DNA of 64,000 bases, taken from contig QPMI01000411.1 in assembly GCA_004431415.1 (NCBI GenBank), positions 292,772-356,771 of the forward strand, in the 5' to 3' direction. The notes beneath the pieces were generated by a model. It was not told where the DNA came from. It was given only the letters and a program-made list of their open reading frames with translations, and ran no database searches. The position numbers were made by a program, and so were the translations under genes. The DNA is from Cyanophora paradoxa CCMP329 (Eukaryota; Plantae; Glaucophyta). This document shows, in pieces, positions 49,879 through 60,965 of this stretch; the first letter of the stretch is position 1, and each line of letters opens with the position of its first letter.

Positions 49879-52357
49879 GGAGGCCGCCTTGGCCGCCTGC
49901 TGCTGCGCCTCCGTCATGATCTGCGCCCCGCTTGAGCGCGAGCGAGCGGCGGGGGCGGGCCGCCCAAGCAAGGGAACGCGGAGCGCGGAGCTCGCCTGCT
50001 GGACGAGGGGGTGGACCTGGATGGGGCACTCCTCCTCCACGGGCGGCGGGGGCGGCGGCGCGACGACGACGGGCGCCTCCCGCACGACCGTCTCCACCGT
50101 CGTCGTCGTCTGGCCCCGCACCAGCGTCTGGCGCCCCGCTTAGCAGGAGCGGCGGCGGCGCGGGGCGGAGAGGGGAGGGGAGGGGGCGGACGCGGAGGTC
50201 GACGAGGAGGGAGGAGAGCTCGGTCATGCGGGCCTCGAGGGCAGCGAGGCGCGACTCGTGCCCCGCGTCGGCGCAGCACGTCGCCTTGACGCCGGCCAGC
50301 GCCGACTCCACGTCCGCCACGTGCCGGTGCACCGACGCCAGCTCCTCCCCCGACGCCGAGACCGTCGCCGTGCTCGTGAACTGCCGCCGCCGCTCTACCC
50401 GCGCGCTCTCGGCCGGGGGAGGGGCGGAGGGCGCGCGGACCTGGCCGCGGAGTGCCGCGATGGACTCGTTCACCTCGGCGAGGCGAGCGTTCACCAGCTC
50501 GGTCACCTGCGCGCTCGCCCGTCACGAGGGCCGCCCGGCGGGCCGAGGGGGCCGCCCTCCCCGGCCGGCGCGCTCGCCTGGTCGGTGGTGAGGCCGCCGG
50601 CGCTGCCTGCCGCCGCCGCCGCCGCCGCCGAGGCCGAGACGGAGGTCAGCTGGTTCTTCACGTCGTTCACGGAGACCTCGAGCTGCGGCGGCGAGGGCGG
50701 CTCGGAGGGCCCCCGGGCTGAGCTCAGAGAGAAGAGAAAGGGCGCACGGAGCGGACGCGGGGGCCAAGGGCGTCGTCGCCCTCGCCGGGGGCGAGGCGGG
50801 CCTCGAGGCGGGCGGCGAGGTCCTCCAGGGCCGCCAGCCGCCCGTCCTGCTCCACGTCCCGCGCCTCCATCTGAGGCCGCTCGCGTCGGCGGGGGCGGCA
50901 GCGCGGGGCGGAGCTGCCTCTGCCTCGTTCGCGGGGCCGACCTGGGAGAAGCGGGGGTCGGTGGGCTTGGACTCGACGGCGCGGACGCGGCCCTCGAGAG
51001 TCGTCAGGTCCGTGCGCGCCGCCGAGAGGTCCGACTCGGCGGTCGCGAGGCGCGCGGCGAGCGCCGGGTCGACGGCCGCCCGCGGCGAGGCGGACTCGAG
51101 GGCGTCGAGGCGGCCCTCGGCGCCCGTGAGGGCCGCCTCGGCGGCGGCGAGGCGGGCGGCGAGCGGGGCGTAGTCGGTGGCGGGGGCGGCGGGGCGGGCC
51201 TCGAGGCTGGCGAGGCGGCCGTCGAGGCCCGAGAGGCGGGACTCGTGGACGCCGGCGAGCGACTCGGCGGCGGAGAGGCGGCCCTCGATGCGCGCGAGCT
51301 CCGCCACGTCCACGCCGCCGTCGGAGGAGGAGGAGAGGCCGGCGACCGAGGCCTCGAGGCCGGCGGCGCGGCCGGAGAGGCCCGAGACGTCGGCCTGGGC
51401 GCGGGCGACGGCGGCCTGGAGCTCGTTGTAGCGCGCGTCGTGCGCCCCGAGCGAGGCGCGCAGGCCGTCCACCGCCGCCCGCAGCGACGGCACCTCCGAG
51501 CTGCAGCAGTCCGGCGCCGAGACGACCACCGGCTGCGGCGGGGCGATCGGGATGTCCGTCGCGATGATGGGGGCGTCCAGCGGGAGCGCCGCCACGACCG
51601 GCTTGTCCAGCAGGATCGTGCCCGGGCTGTACGTCGTGTACGCCGTCGCGCTCCCGCTCCCGCCGAAGCTCTCCGAGCCGCCGCCGCTGCTCGCCGGGCC
51701 CGATGAGGCGCTGTACTCGGAGACGGAGACGCTGCGCGAGCCGCTGTCGCCCGAGGAGGAGGAGGAGGAGAAGGTCGTGGTCACGCTCGAGGCGCCGCCC
51801 CCGCTCGTGTACATCGCCGCGCTCGCGTAGTACTGCGCGCCGCGGGCCCGCACGGTCGGCCGGGCGATAAGGCGAGGGCCCCGCGGAGGAGGGGCGCGCG
51901 CACGGGCAGGCGCAGGTACTCCTCGTAGTCCAGGTCGTTGGAGCGGTTCACGTCGGCTTGTGTGAAGGCAGAATCGCGCTGCTGCACCGGCACCGTCTCG
52001 TTCTGCGCGGTTGGTTGGCCATTAGGTGAAGCTATCAACCGAAGCCCCGGCGCGGCGGCCGGGAGGCCCGACGGCGCTCTCTAACGACGGAACTGGATAA
52101 AGCTCTAGGCCGCGATTCGCGATCCAGACGCCGCCGCGGACCGGCGGTCCGGGTCGCCCTTGATAACGGCCGCGCACGACGGCGAGGGCTGACGAACCGT
52201 GGCGTAGTAGTATTCACCGCGGTCGATAGACTTACTCCGGTTCGTGTCCACCACGCTAAACAATCCAGCCCGCACCTGCCCCGGCCCCGAACCCATACCC
52301 GCTGAACATTGGGCGCGAACATAGGGCTAGGGGGCGGACCTGCTGGGCGGCGTCCAT
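49527..52357 (-). CDS. EF-hand protein with long coiled coil and Thr/Val/Pro-rich tail
   Basis: Two EF-hand loops (DTNRSKSIDRGEY; DVNRSNDLDYEEY); heptad-like LAARLAAAEAALTGAEGRLDALE repeats; stop at 49527. Start tentative. Confidence 0.65.
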
Positions 52358-52746
52358 GGCTGCTTGCGAGGACTTGGAAGCGCCTCGAACCCGTCGCGAA
52401 CGCAGTGAAGACGCGAGCCGCGTCTGGAATCTGTACCCCCTAACCCCGGCCGGGGGGGGGGGGGGTCAAAGATCATCAAACCATTCTTCACTCGAGAGAG
52501 GGTGCGAGTCGATCCGCGTGAAGGTGAGAGGACGCTTCGTCTTGAACCGAAATTGATTCTTGAAGTCGCATAAGGAGCAGATCGATCCGCGCAGGGGCGC
52601 AGCGACGCGGGACTCGCGGCGGGAGCTTTCCCAGCCGTTTCATGATCAGCCGTGGCATCTGAGCCGAAATGCCGTAGCGAGTCGTCGAAGGAGCTCGGCA
52701 GGCAACGGCAGACGACGGGAGCCGATCGGCTGCACTGGAATCTCCC

Positions 52747-55700
52747 ATGCTCAATGCCGAGGGCGCATGCGAGGAGCTCGAGTCAGCTCGCAAGGTCCAG
52801 CAGCAGGCGCATCAGCACGGCGGGTTTGGACCGCGCATAATCCAATTGCTGTGGCTGATGTTCGTTCCTGCTCTCCCGGTGCGCCCGCGGCCGAGTGCTC
52901 ACCGTTGCGATTACGAGGTTGCGATTACGATTGGGGTACCGGTGCTAGCGGTCGATGTTGCGATTACGATGTTTGCGATTACGACCGGTGCTTGCGATTT
53001 CAAGTTTCAGCTACGATGTTTGCGATTACGATTTCAGCTACGATATCGACGTTCGACGGTTGCGATTACGAGGTTGCGATTACGATTGGGGTACCGGTGC
53101 TAGCGGTCGATGTTGCGATTACGATGTTTGCGATTACGACCGGTGCTTGCGATTTCAAGTTTCAGCTACGATGTTTGCGATTACGATTTCAGCTACGATA
53201 TCGACGTTCGACGGTTGCGATTACGAGGTTGCGATTACGATTGGGGTACCGGTGCTTGCGGTGGGGGATACGCTGCATCGCCAGTTTGCTGCTGTGCCGG
53301 CATCGTCCGCCGCATAGCCCGTACGCGTGTGCGCTGTCGTCCATCCCCCCCACACCCCGGGTATGCACGCTGCTGGTTGACGGCACGCGCAGCGCCCGGC
53401 CGGTCTGCCCGGTCTGTGATTCGGCGCGTTTCTGAGTCGACGCACCCAATGTCCCGGAACGACGAATCTCGGCCCGATTCGACGCCGATGTGCGCTTACT
53501 CGCCCCTGGTGGCCTCGTTCGCTGACCGCCGCCCCGCCCGCCCCCGCGTTCGCAGCCGCCCGGACTGCCCAGCGGTCCTAAAGGACGTCCAGATCGTGTG
53601 GCAAGGTTGCGAAACACCGGAGGCCACGTACCCCCTCTCCGACTCCGCGACCCCCTCCTCCCCTCCCCAAAGCCTTACCCTGTACCCCCTCCTTCGCCCA
53701 GTTGAAGAGGAGGCGAGGGCGGAGGCTGCGCGGCGCGCGGAGGAGCGGGAGGAGGAGCGGAGGGCGGCGGAGGCCGCGGGCGTGTCGAAGGCGGAGCTGA
53801 AGAGGCGGGAGGCGGCGAGAGCAAAGGCCGAGGCGGCCGAGGCGGCGAAGCCGCGCCTGGCGACGCTCGTGTACGTCCTCCGGCGCTGCTGCCTCGAGGG
53901 CGAGACGAGGGACCGGGTCTGGCGGGAGATCGTGGCGGCCGCCATCGTCTACAACGCCTGCATCGGCCTCATCAAGCTCCACCGCTGGGTGCGTGCCGGC
54001 CTCTGCCCGCTCAGGCGCGTTGCTGACGCCCGGCGCGCGCGCGCTTCGCCTCCCCTGGCCCCCAGATCGTCGACGACCTGAGCCAGAATGCAGCGCGCAA
54101 CCTGCTGCATCGTGCCTTCGCCAACGTGCACGTCTACACCGGCGACCGCGCGGCTCCTCGGCGCGCTGCCTCGGAGGGGGCGTCCGAGGCGTGGGGGGGG
54201 CTGGCCGAGGAGGTGACGGAGGAGGGCCACTACGACCTCGTCATCGCGGGGCGGGGGGCGATGCTCGCCGAGCTGGGCCCCGAGGAGAGGCGCTGCTTCA
54301 ACGGGGCGCTCGGCCACACGCGGGAGGCGGCGGCGGACGACGCGCTGCGGGCGGCGAGGGACCAGATCGCGCGGGGCAAGCCGCTCAAGAAACTCAAGTG
54401 CGTGTCGTTGGAGGGGTGGGGGTGGGTGGGGGGGGTGGGGGGGGGGGGGGGGGGGGGGGGGCCTCCTCGCTCGCCCCGAAAACCGATCCCGCCTTCCCCC
54501 CTCGTGCAGGGATCGCAGCCTGCGGCGGCGGCAGTGCTCGGCCGTCGTCAAGTCGGGCGACTACAACAAGGGTCTCGGGGCCCACTGGGGCTTCCTCAAG
54601 ATGCTCCCCACGCACGACGGGCCCCTCCCGTCCGCGATCGAGCACGACGCGCGGCTCGTCCTGAAGCCCAGCGGGAGCGTGTGGTGCGTGTCAACTTCCC
54701 TCTCCTTCCCAACCCCTCCTTTCGCTTCGCTCTCGTTGAGCGTGGGGTGCGTCGCAGGTTCTGCATCCCCGTCGAAATGGAGAAGGCGCGCGCGGCCCGC
54801 ACGACGAGGGTCATGGCGCGGACCTTGCCGGCGGAGGGCGACTGCGAGGCGAAGACGACGGAGGCCCGCACCGTGCCGGCGACCTCTCGCCGGCGGAGCC
54901 CCAGGGACCCGGCGGGCGACGGGGGCGACCGCGAGTCCGAGCTGGCCCGCGAGGCCTGGCTGGAGCTCCGCGGCAAGTCCCTCGTCGCCGTCGACCCGGG
55001 CTCCCGCAAGCTCATCTCCTGCTTCTGCCCGGACGGGCGGGCCTTCGAGGTGCGGTGGTCTCGCCTTCTCCCCCTTTGTCGTCCATCCGACGACGCCCCT
55101 CCCCCGCGCAGTTCGGTGCTGGTCTGTCTCACGCACGGGAGCCCGCACTGAGGCGGGCGGCGGCGCTCATGGCCAAGTCGGAGCTGAAGCCGGGCCCCGC
55201 TGCGTGCGCCCCCCCTCCCTCCTTCCTCCCTCCCTCCCTCCCTCCCTCTCTCTCCCTCAGTCGGTTTGCCAGGGGCGGGTCAGCCCCGCTCAGCGCTCGC
55301 ACGCGCCGCCGGCTGCGGAAGAAGGTGCTCCGGATGATCGAGCACGAGCGCAACGTGGGGCTGGACGCCCTGCGCGTCATCGCGCGGTGCGCCCCCCTGA
55401 GTGCTGCAGCCTCTTCGTGGCCTCTGCGGTTGACACCCCCCTCAGGTTCCTCGTGGAGAACTTCGACTACATCATCATCCCGGAGTTCCGCACGAGCGAG
55501 ATGGTGCGCTAGCGTGATTCGACGTCGTCCGCTCTTCCTCTGTACGAACCCCCGGGGGCAGGTCCGGCGCAAGGGGCGGATTCTCGGGCCCGCCGCTGCG
55601 CGCCAGCTGCTCTACTGCCGCCACTATGAGTGAGGGCGGGCTGATTCTGGTTCTGGTTCCGGGGTGGGGCTCACTGCTCGCCCGTCGCCCCTCCCCCCGC

Positions 55701-58700
55701 CCGCAGGTTCCGCTGCATCCTGCAGCAGGCCGCCCTGCACCGCCCGGAGTGCACGGTGCTCCTCGTCTCCGAGCACTACACCTCCAAGACCTGCGGGGCG
55801 TGCGGGTGTCTCCACACGGAGCTCGGCGCGGACGAGACGTTCCGCTGCCCGAGCTGCCCGGCGGAGATGGACCGGGACCTCCAGGCCGCCCGGTGAGTGA
55901 ATTGACTAGTCGTAGTCAATTCACCTCTATATCGTAATCGCAACCTCCGCTATAGCTGAACCAGTAGAATCGTAATCGCAACCTCCGCTCCTTAAATCGT
56001 AATCGCAACCTCCTTAAATCGCGATCGTAATCGCAACCTCCGCTAGAATCGTAATCGCAACCTCCGCTAGAATCGTAATCGCAACCTCCGCTAGAATCGT
56101 AATCGCAGCCTCCGCTATAGCTGAACCAGTAGAATCGTAATCGCTACCTCCGCTCCTTAAATCGTAATCGCAACCTCCTTAAATCGCGATCGTAATCGCA
56201 ACCTCCGCTAGAATCGTAATCGCAACCTCCGCTAGAATCGTAATCGCAGCCTCCGCTAGAATCGTAATCGCAGCCTCCGCTATAGCTGAACCAGTAGAAT
56301 CGTAATCGCAACCTCCGCTCCTTAAATCGTATACGTCATCGCAACCCTCCGCTATAGCTGAACTAGTATATCTAGAATCGTAATCGCAACCCTCCGCTCG
56401 AGGTCACCCCAGTAAACATTAAGTTTATATCCTAATCTTAACCCATTGAAATCTAATCGCGATCGATGTCTCGTAATCGCAACCTGACCTTACAAATGAA
56501 TTCGCACACACCGATCGAGAGACAAATGGCTAGGGATATGACTGCAGTGTCCATCTGTGTCAAGTCGAGAGATGAGCCTACGGGAACAAGTCGCAACCTG
56601 ACCGTCTGTAATCGCAGGAACATCCTCCTGCGGTTCCTCTCGGGCGTGGACGCGGGGCTCCGCCTCAAGCCCCTTCTGCTGGCCGGCTCCGGCCCGCTGC
56701 GGGCCGCCCCCGGGGCGGCCCCGGCCCCCCAAGCTGCGGCGCAGGCCGCGTCGAGCGCTGCTCGTGGGCAGCTCGCTACGCCGGCCTCGTCGTCGTAGTT
56801 TAGGCAGGATAGGGGGACCGCGTACCCCCCTTCAGCGGGCCCTGCCTGCGTTGCCCGCAGGCTTGTCGCCCCCGTAGGTGGCACGGACGCAGCTAAGCTC
56901 CTGCGTAGTCCGCAGCTAGCGTGCCCGTGTTATCAATGCGCTCACCGTTGCCCATCATCTACCCTCAGGCCGTATGGCTGAGCTGTTATCCGGGCGCGCT
57001 GGAAACGCCTCAAGACCGCCGTAACCTTTTCATGTATTCGGGGACTCTTACAGGTTAGCCGGCCAACCGGGCCCCACCGATCCCCGCCCGCCGACCCTCC
57101 CGATCGGCCCCCCCGCAGGCCTACAGGTCTCGTTCTCGCTTGTTTGCTGGGGCAGCCTCGTCTACGGCTGGGACATGTCGTGCAGGTGCTTTGCAGTTCA
57201 TGTTTCTCGCCTCGAGGGCGCATAGATCGGGAGCGCCCGCGGCGCTCACCGGTGCCGGGGGCGCCGCGCAGGCCGCGGAGCGTGGCGGTGACGGTGGGCG
57301 TGCCGCTGCTGGTCTACTGCGGCTGGTACGGGGCCGGCTGCTGCCTCATGGCCTACGCCCTCCCCCTTCGGTTCCTGGAGCTGCCGTTTGTCCTGCCCGC
57401 CATCGGTGAGAGAGCCTCCTCCTGATCTCTAGATCTGGCCCTCCACCGGGTGCGCCCCGGCCCGCTGAGCTCTGGCCCTTGGCGCGTGCGCGCGCGCGCA
57501 GTGGCCGCCCTCTACGTCCCCTCCTGCGCCTCCTCCGTCCTCGTATGGAACCGCCTCCTGCGGCGGCGCCTGCACCCGCGCCCCGCCCTCGACTTCGAGC
57601 CCGTCGAGCTCGAGCTCGAGCCCGCCATGGCCAGCGGCGCCGGCGGCACGCTTGTCTCGGACCTCGACTCGCCCCGCCCCGCCCAGCCCTGCCTCAACGC
57701 CAAGACGGCGGCCCGCGACGCGCCGGCCAACGCCCAGCCCGGCGCCCCGCTGCTGGCCGGCGCCGTCGACTTCTGGCGGGCGCACTACAGCCAGCGCCCG
57801 CCGGCGCGCCCCTCGGCGGAGCTGCTGCTGCTGCGCGACGGCGAGGGGAGCCCGGGGGGCGGGGCGGGCCCGGGCCGCGGCGGGCGAGCGATCTGAGCGT
57901 GGCGGGCAGCGACGAGCGGGAGCGGCCGGCGCCGAGGAGGAAGCACCTGGCGCTGGCGTGGGGCGCGGGGGCGGAGAGGGATGCGCTGGGCCCGGCCTCG
58001 GACGACACTCTGGACGGGAGCCTCGCCCCGCCCCCCTCGGAGGAGGAGGCGGGTCCCGGGAAGGAGGAGGACGGGCCGCGCGCGCAGGCGGCGCAGGCGG
58101 GGGCCGAGGCGGGGCCCCTGACGGCGACCTCGCCCTCCTCGCGCATGGCGATCTCCCTCGCGCTCTCGGCGTCGGAGGCGGGCACGCCCCGGGCGCGCCT
58201 GCTGCGGGGCCAGGCGCTGCGCGCGGGGCGCCGCCGCTTCCTCGACGACGCCCCCGAGATGGCCTGGCGCCTTCTCAAGTTCATGGGCGGCCTCACCGTA
58301 CAGATCTACCCGGTAGCCCCTCCCTGCCCCCCCCACCCCCCAACAGGAGCCTTCTCCTTACGTCTCGCTTCGCAGATGTGGGGCTACGTCTTCCTCTTCT
58401 CGCTCTTCGAGGACAGCGGCTCCGCACAGGTGCCCCGCATTCTTCCGCCTACCCCCCCCTCCTCCCCCCCCCTCCGTGCGCCCCGTGAGACCGCACCTGT
58501 ACCCACCCGTCCGGCAGGTCCTCATCAGCCTCGCCTTCTCCGTCCTCTCATTCGCCACCTGCTTCGCCATCCTCCGCGTGCGCCGTACCCCCCTCCTCTT
58601 TCCTTCCCTGTACTGTGCTCATCTCCCTACCCCCCGCAGGCCTACAGGGGCTTCCTGGGGGACCTCCTCCCGGACTACGGTGGCCCCGTGCGCCCCGCGC

Positions 58701-60037
58701 CGCCCTCGACCCGCGTACCCCCCTGACGCCGCATACCCCCCGCGCGCGCAGGCCATGGCCCTCCTCTGGCTCCTCGTGCGCGTGTACCCCCTCCCCCGCC
58801 GCCGCGCCGCCGCTCACGAGAGGCCCTCTTCCAGCACCTCCTCCGCAGCTTCCGCCTGTGCGCCGGCCGGCCCGCCGTGCCTACAGCGCCAGCGCCGCGC
58901 CTTGATGCGCTGAGGCTGGCTGGGCGCGGGGCAGGCTGGTGAGCTTCCGGGCCTCGTCGGACCTCGTCCTCGCCTTCGGCGTCTTCAGGCCCGCCCCGCG
59001 CCCCCCCCGCGCCCCCGCGCCCCCCTCCGCATCCGCCGCCCCCGCCCTGACGCCCCGTGGCGCAGCGACTGCGTCGTCTGCTTCGCCCCGCTCCTCACGA
59101 CACGCGTCTCCGACGACGTCGGCCGCCGCCTCTACACCGTCGGCCCCCGCACCCCGCCCCGCCCCGCCCGGCCCCGCCCCGCCCCGCCCCGCGCGACGCG
59201 GGGGCAGGTGCCGGCGTCGGTGCTGGTGCTGACGAGGCCGATGAGGCGCCTCTCGAGCGCGCTCGCCTCGACGGCCTCCCTCCTCCGCTGGCGCCGCCGC
59301 CCCCGCTCCGTCGCCGACTCCCACCCGCACCTCCCGTGAGACCCCGCCCCCCCGCGTCTCTCAGGATCGGTCCCCGCGTGCCGCACGGCTCACGTGCACC
59401 GCGCTGGCTCGCAGGGCGCTGGCGGGGCCGCCGCTGGCGGCGATCACTCGGGAGCACGGGGGGGTGGAGCTGGTGCGGGAGTCGGGGCGGGCGCTCTTTT
59501 TCCTCCAGGCCCTCTCCTCCATCAGCGCCTCGGTCCAGTTCGTCGTCATCCTCACCGTCTTCCGCTTCGGGCCCGCCCGCGCCCTCTTCCCCTACCACGA
59601 GGCCGTCCTCCCCGCGCGGGGCTACGCCGCCTGCCTCCTCGCCGCCGCGGCCTCCGTCGCCATCATGGCCGCATGCCTAGGCGCAGTCTGGCTCCTCTCC
59701 GCCCGCGGCCCCGCCGGCCCCGGCCCCGGCGGGGCGGCCGCGGGGCCGGGGGCGGGGGCGGCGAGCGCGCGGCTGTGCTCGGCGGCGGTGCGGGACGGGT
59801 TCGAGATCGGGTGGACGATGGTGGACGTCTTCGGCAAGCGCATCGCTGGCATGTGCGCGAGCGCGCCGACCCCGCCAACTCGCACGGCTCCCTCATTTGA
59901 TCTCCGACGCGGCGCGCCGGGTCGCGCGCGGGCGCAGGTGGATGACGTCGGTGCTGATCACGACGGCGGCCGTCTGCCGCCACTACGGCGTCTTCTCCGT
60001 CGTCTTCCCCGCCGCCTTCGTCCCCTCCGCCCTCTAG
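52747..60037 (+). CDS. Multipass membrane protein (host gene) with the Fanzor element in one intron
   Basis: Exon 52747-52878 (...IIQLLWLMFVPALP) splices in phase 0 (GT 52879, AG 56968) to AVWLSCYPG...LFMYSGTLT|GLQVSFSLVCWGSLV...; many hydrophobic exons follow to TAG at 60035-60037. Further upstream exons are possible. Confidence 0.7.
52904..53258 (+). repeat. Left-end tandem array of TTGCGATTACGA, 155-bp higher-order unit (~2.3 copies)
   Basis: Higher-order units start at 52904, 53059 and 53214, each with several TTGCGATTACGA cores. Confidence 0.92.
53449..56798 (+). CDS. Fanzor (tnpB-like): Fanzor2 / IS607-TnpB-like RNA-guided RuvC endonuclease, ~628 aa, ~12 exons
   Basis: Exons 53449-53489 and 53556-53605 (both tentative), 53702-53988, 54066-54397, 54510-54683, 54758-55049, 55112-55203, 55261-55386, 55446-55503, 55562-55629, 55707-55892, 56618-56798 join in frame (1887 nt). 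Motifs: IVYNACI, EHDARLVL...WFCIP, RuvC-I VAVDPGSRK, DYIIIPEFRTSEM, VSEHYTSKTCGAC...FRCPSC zinc finger, RuvC-III DRDLQAARNILLRF. Confidence 0.9.
55931..56400 (-). repeat. Intronic tandem array of ATCGTAATCGCAACCTCC (reverse complement of left array core), 165-bp higher-order unit
   Basis: About 16 units; higher-order units start at 55931, 56096 and 56261; further partial copies at ~56471 and ~56607. Lies within the 725-nt last Fanzor intron (55893-56617). Confidence 0.92.
56799..56960 (+). ncRNA. Candidate Fanzor omegaRNA (scaffold + flank-derived guide)
   Basis: Lies between the Fanzor stop and the right junction, with dense potential stems: AGGCAGG/CCTGCCT, AGGGGG/CCCCCT, GCCTGCG/CGCAGGC, TGTCGCC/GGTGGCA, GCACGG/CCGTGT, CTGCG/CGCAG. 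Position matches known TnpB/Fanzor omegaRNA loci; the 5' end may overlap the last exon. Confidence 0.55.
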
Positions 60038-60965
60038 CCGCCCACGGCCGCATTCTCAAGTTTCTTGGCAGCGCAACCAACGAATCTTATAGCTTAATAA
60101 CTTAATGAATAAGTGAACGTTGAAGTCTCTAGATCTTTGTTTCTTCAGTCAGTTCAACGGTTTACGGTACTGGTTGCTCCTACGAATTCCTCCTAATTTA
60201 CAAATTCCTCCTGAATATAATTATAAATATAATGCCGTCATCGATGCATATTCATGTTTTGCCTCCGTTCCCTTCAGCAGATCTCTAGACTACGCCGTAA
60301 ACGTACTTCATATCGATTGTTCGAATTCGTGTATCAGTCACTAAGTACTAGTGTAGACATATATATTTGCATGTGTTTACACAATGCGTAATATCGATCA
60401 ATGTTGCATTTGATCGTGAGACGGCATGACCCAGTGACGTGATGTCCGAATCCAATGATTCGCTTGCTGTTAACTAGCAGCACATCTTGTGATCTACATG
60501 TGGTCTACCAGGCTACGCGTATTTATATCCAGGTCGAGGATCCTCTACGTGCCGCAGTGCGATACGACGCGGTTACAACAGCGCGATCTAAACGGCACGA
60601 GGTGAAAAGAAATGCATATATGGACAGAAATTAAGTACATGGAAAGAAAGTATATGGAAAGAAAGTCCCCAGAAGATTAACCCGGAAATCCCCAAGAAAT
60701 GCACAACATAGCTAAAGCTACAGGAATACTATGATACACTACGGATACTGCACATGCGCAGCGCATACATACGAATCTACGGATTCGAAGAGGAGAACGC
60801 AGAGATCACTGACCACCCCGCGGCCGCGGGGAGCCGAAGAGCTCGCCCGATTAGAATCAAGCGGAGCATTGGAATTGACGGACGTCGACCCGCGTCAGAG
60901 CCGGTCGAGAGGCCAGCGGCGGGGCCGGAAGCGGGCCCGGGACGGCAGCTGAGGCGGGGCGGGGC

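Larger units (their letters stand above)
52909..56939 (+). mobile_element. Non-autonomous Fanzor-carrying element, ~4.03 kb, bounded by a 12-bp direct repeat
   Basis: GCTCACCGTTGC at 52897-52908 and 56940-56951. Removing the insert plus one copy restores a 47-nt GT-AG intron with a CTCAC branch point. No transposase seen inside. Confidence 0.8.

Noticed and set aside
52560-53435. ORFs with repeated CDYD / AITI / LRLR peptides
   Set aside because: They are translations of the TTGCGATTACGA array, not credible proteins.
55931-56400. CRISPR array next to a Cas12-like RuvC gene
   Set aside because: The linkers are only 6-20 nt and recur in a 165-bp higher-order pattern instead of being unique spacers. 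The array lies in a spliceosomal intron and there are no cas genes.
52909-56939. Bacterial IS200/IS605/IS607 contamination, or a TIR DNA transposon
   Set aside because: The nuclease has many host-type spliceosomal introns, and no TnpA/transposase ORF or terminal inverted repeats are visible.
56936-56968. ATG at 56936 as the start of the membrane-protein gene
   Set aside because: It is in frame but lies at the element's right end. Splicing from exon 52747-52878 explains the gene better, although use as an alternative start cannot be excluded.
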